64,000 nt of DNA from Deltaproteobacteria bacterium. GTDB taxonomy: Bacteria > Desulfobacterota > Desulfuromonadia > Desulfuromonadales > BM103. Numbering within the stretch: position 1 is the first letter of the stretch; each line of letters opens with the position of its first letter. Under the pieces are notes generated by a model. The model worked only from the letters and a program-made list of their open reading frames with translations, searched no databases and was not told where the DNA came from. The position numbers and the translations under genes were made by a program. The stretch covers positions 652 to 64,651 of the forward strand of contig JAJRRB010000039.1 in NCBI GenBank assembly GCA_024279915.1, given 5' to 3'. Of the stretch, positions 1 through 7,103 are shown in pieces.

Positions 1-1950
1 ATGAACAGAGAGTTTTCCAAGGGGCGCTTTATGCTCAAGGCCATATCAGCGTTATTTGTCCATCGCAAACCAGCTGTTCTTGCGATTAAGGTGGCACTGA
101 TCTGTCTGGCCTTTCTCTGTGCTTATGCGCTGCGTTTCGATCTGACGATTCCGTCTGTTTACTGGCCGACCATTCTCAAGCTGATTATTCCCCTGTTGGT
201 GATCAAACTGCTGGTGTTTCGCTACATGGGCTTGTCGACCGGCTGGTGGCGCTATGTTTCCATCTCCGATGCGCTGATTATCTTCAAAGCCAACCTGGCC
301 GCTTCGGCTGTCTTTATTCTCTACGTTACTTTTGTCCATCGGCTCGACAATGTGCCACGTTCGATCTTGCTCCTCGACGGCATCCTCTGTTTCCTCTTTG
401 CCTGTGGTATCCGCTTGCTGACCAGGGCTTACCGGGAAGACTATCTCTTCTTCTCGCGGCGAAGTCTCAAGGGCAAGACGCGGGTGATGATAATCGGTGC
501 CGGCAGTGCCGGGCAATCGATCGTGCGGGAAATGCGGCAGAACCCGGATCTGAAAATGATGGCGGTCGGCTATCTTGATGACGACCCATCGAAGCATAAG
601 AAAAGTTTTCAGGGCGTGCCGGTTTTAGGCGGTACCGATAAATTGACGGAATTGTGCAGTGCCACCCGGACAGATGAAGTGATCATCGCCATCCCTTCGG
701 CTTCGAGCAGCGTGATGAAGGAGATCGTGGCCTTGAGCCAGGCTGCAGAGGTCAAGTTCAAAACTTTGCCGGGGGTCGGTTGTCTGATCGATGGCAAGGT
801 CTCAGTACAGCAGATCCGCGATGTTGATATGGAAGACCTGCTTGGTCGTGAGGCGGCGCGCCTCGACATGGAGCAGATTAAAGAATACCTGACCGGCAAA
901 CGGATCCTGGTCACCGGTGCCGGCGGCAGTATTGGCAGTGAGCTCTGCCGTCAGGTGGCACGTTTCAAGCCTGCCCAGCTGATTCTTTTCGAGCATGCCG
1001 AGACGCCTCTCTTTCATATCGAAAACGAGCTGCGGATTGCTTTCCCCAACCTGAGCATTAAACCGGTGATCGGCGATATTCGTGACCGCTCACGCGTCAA
1101 TAATATTTTCAACAGTTGCCAGCCGGAGGTGGTTTTCCATGCGGCCGCTTACAAGCATGTGCCGATGATGGAAGAGAACCCCTGTTCGGCGGCCAACAAT
1201 AACGTGCGCGGTACGCGCGTGGTGGCGGAAGCCGCAGATCATTATGGCACTTCACACTTCGTGATGGTGTCGACTGACAAGGCGGTGAACCCGACCAATA
1301 TCATGGGCACTTCGAAGCGGGTTGCCGAGATTTTTGTGCAGAACCTGGCCCGCCGCAGCCAGACCCACTTTGTGACGGTGCGCTTCGGCAATGTGCTCGG
1401 CAGCAACGGCAGCGTCATCCCGACCTTCCGCGAACAGATCAAGAATGGCGGTCCGGTCACGGTGACCCATCGTGACGTGACGCGTTTCTTCATGTCGATC
1501 CCCGAGGCCGCTCAACTGGTATTGCAGGCCGGCTCAATGGGGCAGGGCGGAGAGATCTTTCTGCTCGACATGGGCGACTCGGTGAAGATTGTCGAACTGG
1601 CAGAAACGATGATCCGGCTTTCCGGTTTCGAGCCTTACGAAGAGATCGATATCGAGTTTACCGGTTTGCGCCCGGGTGAGAAACTCTACGAAGAGCTGCT
1701 CCTTGAAGGTGAAGGAATCAAGCCGACCAACCATGAAATGATCCGGGTTGCTTCTTCGACTGAACGGCCCTGGGAGGAATTGCTGCAGGATCTTGATGGC
1801 CTCTATGACGCTTCGCAGAATTACCGGGTTGATGAGGTGGTTGCCTTGATGCGGAAAATGGTGCCGGAGTATCAGCCGGTGATGAAGTTGGCGGCGGCGA
1901 AGAAGAATCAAGAGCTTTCTTCTCCAGCCAGAGAATCTAAATCTTATTAA
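1..1950 (+). CDS. CapD/PglF/WbpM-family membrane-anchored NDP-sugar 4,6-dehydratase/epimerase (polysaccharide biosynthesis protein)
   Basis: 649-aa ORF. Hydrophobic N-terminal helices are followed by two Rossmann glycine motifs (IIGAGSAG; VTGAGGSIGSEL), plus AAYKHVP and FGNVLGSNGSV motifs typical of this family. The ORF begins at base 1, so the 5' end may lie outside the window. Confidence 0.85.
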   Translation: MNREFSKGRFMLKAISALFVHRKPAVLAIKVALICLAFLCAYALRFDLTIPSVYWPTILKLIIPLLVIKLLVFRYMGLSTGWWRYVSISDALIIFKANLAASAVFILYVTFVHRLDNVPRSILLLDGILCFLFACGIRLLTRAYREDYLFFSRRSLKGKTRVMIIGAGSAGQSIVREMRQNPDLKMMAVGYLDDDPSKHKKSFQGVPVLGGTDKLTELCSATRTDEVIIAIPSASSSVMKEIVALSQAAEVKFKTLPGVGCLIDGKVSVQQIRDVDMEDLLGREAARLDMEQIKEYLTGKRILVTGAGGSIGSELCRQVARFKPAQLILFEHAETPLFHIENELRIAFPNLSIKPVIGDIRDRSRVNNIFNSCQPEVVFHAAAYKHVPMMEENPCSAANNNVRGTRVVAEAADHYGTSHFVMVSTDKAVNPTNIMGTSKRVAEIFVQNLARRSQTHFVTVRFGNVLGSNGSVIPTFREQIKNGGPVTVTHRDVTRFFMSIPEAAQLVLQAGSMGQGGEIFLLDMGDSVKIVELAETMIRLSGFEPYEEIDIEFTGLRPGEKLYEELLLEGEGIKPTNHEMIRVASSTERPWEELLQDLDGLYDASQNYRVDEVVALMRKMVPEYQPVMKLAAAKKNQELSSPARESKSY

Positions 1951-1966
1951 AGCGAAGCTTATATTC

Positions 1967-2093
1967 GCCGCGGATAAGGTCTGATAACATCTGATAAATC
2001 TTAAGACAAAACGCATAAGCTATTGAGTTTTAAGACTTTAACCTTAAGACCTGGCCTTTGACCTATCAGACTTGATCAGATCTTATCGGCGGC
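1967..2093. repeat. 127-nt intergenic element bounded by ~19-nt imperfect inverted termini (GCCGCGGATAAGGTCTGAT ... ATCAGATCTTATCGGCGGC); MITE/REP-like
   Basis: The termini are reverse complements with 2 mismatches. The interior carries three TTAAGAC units and CTGATAA units. Related termini (TTATCNGCGGC / GCCGCAGATAA) recur at 9333-9426 and 10363-10436. Confidence 0.6.
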
Positions 2094-2172
2094 TAAATGA
2101 ATTTTCAGGGCGAAGGGCTGCTTTGGAGGTTAATGGTTTTTGTTTCGCGCAGTCATTTAAGGCCCAGTTTTA

Positions 2173-2201
2173 TTGACTTCTAACTTGAATTGGTCTCTAA
2201 T
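2173..2201 (+). promoter_or_regulatory. Candidate sigma70 promoter upstream of the Ala-rich gene
   Basis: TTGACT (2173-2178), a 17-nt spacer, then TCTAAT (2196-2201). This would give a ~220-nt leader. Pattern match only. Confidence 0.25.
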
Positions 2202-2427
2202 CGCATGTTAATTACTTATATCAGGACTTTCTTGCCGCAAGGCTTGTTTGCTTTTGTTATTGCTAGTTACCGAGGGGGGGCTTCTCGAACCAAAAGATCC
2301 CCCATAAAGAGATACTGACTACACGATTTACATTTAGGGATTAAAGCACCCTGCGTAAGGGCTTGAAGTATATTCACACATTGAATTTAAACGGGATTTA
2401 TAATTTTTTCAAAGGAAGGGAATTGCC

Positions 2428-4641
2428 ATGAAACTGCAAAAGATTCTGGCTGTACTGATGATTTTCTCTCTGTCGCTTGGTTCGCTTGGAACCTTCGCGC
2501 CATCGGTGTCGGCCGCTGATGATCTGACGCCTGAACAGAACCTCACGCAATTGAAAGCTGCGGCCGATGCTGCGAAAGCCGCAAAGTTGGCGGCTCTCTC
2601 TGCGGCACAAGAAGCTGCCAGGATTAAAGCTATTGCTGAAGCTGCTCTCGTAACTCAGCAAGCTGTTCAAGTTGCCGCAGAAGCAGCCGCGCAAGTTGCC
2701 GCTGATGCTGCGCAAGCCGCTGCAGACAAGATTGCCCTGGCAACTACGGATGAAGCAAAGGTTGCAGCCATGAAAGAGGCCTTGAACGCGGAGTCGGCTG
2801 CCAAGGATGCCGCCGTTGAGGTTGCCCAGGCAAACCTGGCTGTCGAGTTGGCCAGCACCTCTGTTGCCGAGGCGACTGTTTCAGTTGTTGCGGCACAAAC
2901 CGAAGTCATGAAAGCCACCACGGTTGAAGCCACGGCGACGGCCAAGGAGACCGCAGCGGTTGCTGTGATCACTTCGAGCACCGCTGCAGGTGATGCCGCT
3001 GCTGCCAAGGCTGCTGCAGATGCGGCCGCTGCCGTCAAGGCTGAGGAAATCGCCAAGCTGGCCGCGATCGAAGCGGCCACAATTGCTGCCGATCTTGCCG
3101 TTGCTGAGAAACTCGCTGAGGCGACCCGGCTGGCTGAGATTGCCGCCGCCGCCGAAGCAACGGAAGCCGAAAAAGCTGCCGCTGATAAAGCCCTTGCCGA
3201 GCAATTTGTTGCTGAAGCTGTCGCTGCCAAAGCTGCTGCGGATGAAGCTGCGGCTGCCAAGGCGATAGAAGTGGCAACCATTGCCGCTGCTCAGGCCGCC
3301 GCCGATCAGGCCGCCGCCGCTCAGGCTGCTGCTGAGGCTGAAGTTGCTGCCCAGGCTGCTGCTCAGGCTGCTGCTGACCGGGAAATTGCCCAGATCGCCG
3401 CTGCGGAAATCGCTGCCGCCGAACAGGCCGCAGCTCAAGTTCGTGCCGAAGCTGCTGCCGCCCAGGCCGCTGCTGCTACTCTGGCTGCTGCCCAGGCCCA
3501 GGCCCAGGCCCAGGCCCAGGCTGCCGCCGCTGAGGCTGCCGCGCAAGCTGCTGCGCAAGCTGCCGCCGATGTAACCGCTGCTGAGTTAGCCACCGCCACT
3601 CAGGCTGCTGCTGAGAGGGCTGCAGCCGAAGCTGCTGTCGCCCAGGCCGCGGCCGTTGCCCAGGTCGTTGCTGATGCCGCCGCCGCCCAGGCCGCCGCTG
3701 ATGCCCAGGCCGCCGCTGATGCCGCTGCTGCTCAGGTCGCCGCTGATGCCGCTGCCGCTCAGGTTGCTGCTGAAGCTGCTGCCATCGCTGAAGCCGCCGC
3801 CGCCCAGGCTGCTGCTGCTGCCCTGGCTGCCGAGCAGGCTGCTGCTGCCGAAGCGGCCGCTGCCAAGGCTGTTCTGGTTGCTGAACTGGCTGCGGCCCAA
3901 GCCGCCGCCGCCGAAGCCGCTGCCGCTGCCGATGCTGCTGCTGCCGCTGCTGCTGCCGAGCAGAGTGCCGCTGAGATTGCCGCCGCCGCTGAAGCTGCTG
4001 CTGCTGCTGAAGCTGCTGCACAGCTTGTCGCTGCTGAAGCTGAAGCTCAGGCCGTTGCTGATGCTGCTGCCGCTCAAGCCCTTGCTGATGCCACTGCTTT
4101 AGCCGCTGCCGAACAGGCTGCTGCCGAAGCTGCCGCTGCCCAGGCCGCTGCCGATGCAGCTGCTGCTGAACTGGCTGCTGCCGAAGCTGCTGCTGCCGAG
4201 CAGGCTGCTGCCGATGCTGCTGCTGCCGAGCTGGCTGCGGCTGAAGCTGCTGCTGCTGCCGCTGCTGCCGAGTTGGCTGCTGCTGAAGCCGCTGCTGCCG
4301 CGATGGCTGCTTCCGAACTGGCTGCTGCCGAGCAGGCTGCTGCTGATGCTGCTGCTGCCGAGCTGGCTGCCGCTGAAGCCGCTGCTGCCGAGCTGGCTGC
4401 TGCTGAAACTGCTGCTGCCGAGTTGGCTGCTGCCGAAGCCGCTGCCGCCCAGGCTGAAGCCGACGCTGCTGCCCTGGTTGCTGCCGAAGCCGCTGCTGCC
4501 GAAGCTGATGCTGCTGCCGTGGCTGCTGCTGAAGCCGCTGCTGCTCAGGCTGCTGCAGATGCCGCCGCTGCCGCTGCTGCTCAGGCTGCTGCCGAAGCCG
4601 CTGCTGCTGAAGATGACGATCCCGCCAGCCCCAGCTCATAA
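2428..4641 (+). CDS. Secreted, extremely alanine-rich acidic low-complexity protein (737 aa), function unknown
   Basis: RBS GGAAGGGA lies upstream of the ATG. The signal peptide is MKLQKILAVLMIFSLSLGSLGTFAPSVSA/AD. The remainder is almost only A, E, Q, D, V, L (K and T only in the first third), with pentad-like units [E/D/Q]-x-A-A-A and 10/20-aa repeats (AAELAAAEAAAAEQAAADAA). It ends EDDDPASPSS and is followed by a 9-bp hairpin. All other frames are open only because of the GCN repetition. Confidence 0.8.
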   Translation: MKLQKILAVLMIFSLSLGSLGTFAPSVSAADDLTPEQNLTQLKAAADAAKAAKLAALSAAQEAARIKAIAEAALVTQQAVQVAAEAAAQVAADAAQAAADKIALATTDEAKVAAMKEALNAESAAKDAAVEVAQANLAVELASTSVAEATVSVVAAQTEVMKATTVEATATAKETAAVAVITSSTAAGDAAAAKAAADAAAAVKAEEIAKLAAIEAATIAADLAVAEKLAEATRLAEIAAAAEATEAEKAAADKALAEQFVAEAVAAKAAADEAAAAKAIEVATIAAAQAAADQAAAAQAAAEAEVAAQAAAQAAADREIAQIAAAEIAAAEQAAAQVRAEAAAAQAAAATLAAAQAQAQAQAQAAAAEAAAQAAAQAAADVTAAELATATQAAAERAAAEAAVAQAAAVAQVVADAAAAQAAADAQAAADAAAAQVAADAAAAQVAAEAAAIAEAAAAQAAAAALAAEQAAAAEAAAAKAVLVAELAAAQAAAAEAAAAADAAAAAAAAEQSAAEIAAAAEAAAAAEAAAQLVAAEAEAQAVADAAAAQALADATALAAAEQAAAEAAAAQAAADAAAAELAAAEAAAAEQAAADAAAAELAAAEAAAAAAAAELAAAEAAAAAMAASELAAAEQAAADAAAAELAAAEAAAAELAAAETAAAELAAAEAAAAQAEADAAALVAAEAAAAEADAAAVAAAEAAAAQAAADAAAAAAAQAAAEAAAAEDDDPASPSS
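3490..3519 (+). repeat. Perfect hexanucleotide microsatellite (GCCCAG)x5 inside the Ala-rich CDS, encoding (AQ)5
   Basis: Direct reading of gcccag repeated five times; the repeat is in-frame. Confidence 0.9.
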
Positions 4642-4667
4642 TTACAGGAAGATTGATATGCGTCTCT

Positions 4668-4693
4668 GTGCCGCGTGTTTCTCAACGCGGCAC
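4668..4693 (+). terminator. Stem-loop after the Ala-rich gene (GTGCCGCGT-8 nt-ACGCGGCAC); possible partial terminator or mRNA stabiliser
   Basis: Perfect 9-bp GC-rich stem 27 nt after the stop codon. There is no clear U-tract, so intrinsic termination is uncertain. Confidence 0.4.
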
Positions 4694-4739
4694 AGTTATG
4701 ATTTGACCTTTTGTTATTTCTCTATAAGGAGGTTTTAAG

Positions 4740-6011
4740 ATGTTTGTACTGACGAGAAGTCTGGCCCTTGCCAGCATTGTCCTTTTCTTTGCTGTTTCTC
4801 TCTGCAGCGCAGCTGATGAATCCGGTCAGCTGTTCGGTTTCGGTCAGGGGTATTTTCACCCCTCAGTGAAGGTCGCAACGGAATACAGTGATAACTACAA
4901 GGCTGTTGCCAGAGGCGAGCAGAGTAACTGGACAACCACGGTCAGCCCGGGGTTCTGGGTTTCTTTGCCTGCGTCTCACAAGAAGGCCTTCAAGATCGAG
5001 TCTTCCAACTCTGCACCGGGCGGCTATGGCATCTCGCGTTTTCGTGACCCGGAGGATAAAGGCTTCTATAGTTCGCTGATGTACAATGCCGATATTGTGC
5101 GTGGCCACGAACACACAGATGATGACCTGACCAAGCACCGTGGCCAGGGCATGCTGCAGTATGCTTTTGCCAGAGGCCTGGCTCTTGAGGTCTCTGACGT
5201 CTACATCAAGAGTGCTGATGAGAACGCTGATACTGTTGGTGTTGATCTGGAAAAGTACAACTCGAACCTAGCCACCCTGATCGCTTTTTACGATGTGAGC
5301 CCCAAGCTCAAGCTGCGGGTTGGCTATGCCAATTTCAACCTCGACTACACCTCGGGCACCGACGTTGATTACAAAGAGCGCGTTGATAATCGGGTCTCTG
5401 CTTATGTGCTCTACCGGGTTCTGCCGAAAACCGAACTGTTTGTTCAGTACGATTATATCGATATCGATTACGATCAGGATATTCTGGCCGATGGTGAGGA
5501 CCAGCATTATTTTGTGGGTGTCAAGTTCGATACCACTGCACGGATCAGCGGCCATGCGAAAATCGGTTACGGTGAATATGTTGCCGATATTAACAACAAT
5601 GATACTTTTGAAGACTTCATCGGCGACGCCTCTTTGAAGTATGCTTTCTGGGGAAATTCGAGCCTGACCCTCACGGCCCAGCAGATTGTTAACGTGACGG
5701 ATGATAATGCGACTCCAAGAAGTTACCAGAACATCCTCCACAGCGAGGTTGGTCTGGCGCTGTCGCATAAGTTTACGAAAAAAATTGGTGCTAAAGTCGG
5801 TGTCGCCTATAAAGAGGACGAGTATCGTTTTGACAGCAGTGACTCAGGTCGTGAAGATGAGGACTGGGTGACTAGGTTCAATCTCGATTACACCATGAAT
5901 AACTGGCTCAAACTGGGTACCAGTTACAGCTATACGGACCGGGATTCCAATGAAAATAATAATGATTATAAGGAAAACCAGCTGACGTTTACTGCTTCGG
6001 CATCGTTTTAA
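4740..6011 (+). CDS. Outer-membrane beta-barrel protein of EPS loci (signal peptide, alternating beta-strand pattern, C-terminal Phe)
   Basis: RBS AGGAGG. Signal peptide MFVLTRSLALASIVLFFAVSLCSA/AD. Many amphipathic Y/F/D-rich strand motifs, and a terminal ...LTFTASASF typical of BAM substrates. Its position directly upstream of the Wza-like gene fits an EPS-locus role. Confidence 0.7.
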   Translation: MFVLTRSLALASIVLFFAVSLCSAADESGQLFGFGQGYFHPSVKVATEYSDNYKAVARGEQSNWTTTVSPGFWVSLPASHKKAFKIESSNSAPGGYGISRFRDPEDKGFYSSLMYNADIVRGHEHTDDDLTKHRGQGMLQYAFARGLALEVSDVYIKSADENADTVGVDLEKYNSNLATLIAFYDVSPKLKLRVGYANFNLDYTSGTDVDYKERVDNRVSAYVLYRVLPKTELFVQYDYIDIDYDQDILADGEDQHYFVGVKFDTTARISGHAKIGYGEYVADINNNDTFEDFIGDASLKYAFWGNSSLTLTAQQIVNVTDDNATPRSYQNILHSEVGLALSHKFTKKIGAKVGVAYKEDEYRFDSSDSGREDEDWVTRFNLDYTMNNWLKLGTSYSYTDRDSNENNNDYKENQLTFTASASF

Positions 6012-6020
6012 AGTAACCAC

Positions 6021-6101
6021 AGGGACTGTCCCCGGGGTTAAGGGGGCTGTCCCATACCTGTAAATGAAAATCTGGGACAGGCACCTTCGGAGCCAGTCCC
6101 T
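6021..6101. repeat. Nested GGGAC-type dyads between the OMP and Wza genes
   Basis: AGGGACTG (6021-28) pairs with CAGTCCCT (6094-6101). CTGTCCCA (6047-54) pairs with TGGGACAG (6073-80). GGGACTGTCCC (6022-32) is itself a dyad. Confidence 0.6.
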
Positions 6102-6120
6102 AATGAGAGTTGTAAGTAAT

Positions 6121-6921
6121 ATGAAAACCGTTGTTCTGATGCTGCTCTGCTGTCTTTCTGTTGTTCTCCCATCCTGGGCCGATACCGCCCAGGATGATTA
6201 TTTGATCGGTGCGGATGCCGTTCTGAAAATTACAGTTTACGATCATACGGATCTGGATGTTGTCTCCCGCGTCAGCGGTGACGGGAGCGTCCAGTTTCCG
6301 CTTCTGGGCTCTGTAAACCTTGGTGGCTTAACCCTTAAAGAGGCGATCGAGGAGATCCAGAAGCAGCTGATGGATGGCTACCTGGTGAATCCGCAGGTGT
6401 CGATCTTTGTCGAAGAGTATCGCAGCAAGAAGGTGATGGTGATCGGTCATGTCGCTGAGCCCGGTGTTCTGGAGTTGAGCGGACCGACCCATCTTCTCGA
6501 AGTGCTGACCATGGTCGGTGGCTTACGTGAAAATGCCGGAGATGTGGCGACGATTAAACGAACCTTGTCCGGCGCTAAACAAGGCCAGAAGATTTTAAGG
6601 ATTGACCTTAAGCGTTTGCTGGAGACCGGTGATGAAAAACTGAATATCCAGATCATGGATAAAGACAGCGTGTTTATCGCCAAGGCCGGCATGGTTTACG
6701 TGACCGGCGAAGTCGGCAAACCGGATGCCTACAAGTACGAAGAAGGCACCACGGTCCTCAAGGCCATCAGCATGGCGGGCGGCTTCACCCAGATCGCCGC
6801 AAAAAACAAGATCCGTATTGTCCGCATCGTCGATGGCAAGGAACAGATCATGGAGAAGGTGTCTCTGCAGGAAGAGGTGAAATCGGGCGATGTGGTTGTT
6901 GTGCCGGAGAGTTATTTTTAA
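6121..6921 (+). CDS. Periplasmic polysaccharide export protein (Wza/ExoF/EpsA-like, Poly_export + SLBB domains)
   Basis: Signal peptide MKTVVLMLLCCLSVVLPSWA. The motifs YLIGADAVLKITVY...GDGSVQFPLLGSVNLGGLTLKEA and the C-terminal ...SGDVVVVPESYF are typical of this family. The ORF is open from 6064, but that extension lies in the repeat region. Confidence 0.85.
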   Translation: MKTVVLMLLCCLSVVLPSWADTAQDDYLIGADAVLKITVYDHTDLDVVSRVSGDGSVQFPLLGSVNLGGLTLKEAIEEIQKQLMDGYLVNPQVSIFVEEYRSKKVMVIGHVAEPGVLELSGPTHLLEVLTMVGGLRENAGDVATIKRTLSGAKQGQKILRIDLKRLLETGDEKLNIQIMDKDSVFIAKAGMVYVTGEVGKPDAYKYEEGTTVLKAISMAGGFTQIAAKNKIRIVRIVDGKEQIMEKVSLQEEVKSGDVVVVPESYF

Positions 6922-7024
6922 GCGACGAAACGGTCGCCATCTCAGCCATGATCGGTGGGCTGATAAAATCGAAAAAGAACTACATAAATAACAGTAGTAA
7001 GAAATAAGATCATGCTTTTCGCGC

Positions 7025-7048
7025 CCCTCGTCCCGCGTCCCGCGTTCC
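7025..7048. repeat. Heptamer array (CCCCTCG TCCCGCG TCCCGCG TTCCGTT), GGGACGY family in reverse orientation
   Basis: Direct reading; two perfect adjacent TCCCGCG units. Confidence 0.7.
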
Positions 7049-7103
7049 GTTGCATTTAAATATTTCCTCCTTTGCAACTAAACTGAAAACTGGATTGAAA
7101 CAT

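Noticed and set aside
2667-4738. Many long ORFs on both strands overlapping the Ala-rich gene (e.g. 3476-4639 minus, 387 aa Q/R-rich; 2881-3558 minus, S/G-rich; 3656-4102 and 4154-4738 plus, L/P-rich)
   Set aside because: They are frame shadows of a GCN-repeat sequence. None has an RBS or signal peptide, and their compositions are simply the alternative readings of GCT/GCC/GCA runs. Only the 2428 frame has a start context, a signal peptide and a terminal hairpin.
2428-6011. PEP-CTERM/exosortase substrate interpretation of the Ala-rich protein
   Set aside because: There is no C-terminal PEP motif, TM helix or Arg cluster (the protein ends EDDDPASPSS), and no exosortase gene in the window. The OMP resembles those seen in such loci, but that alone is insufficient.
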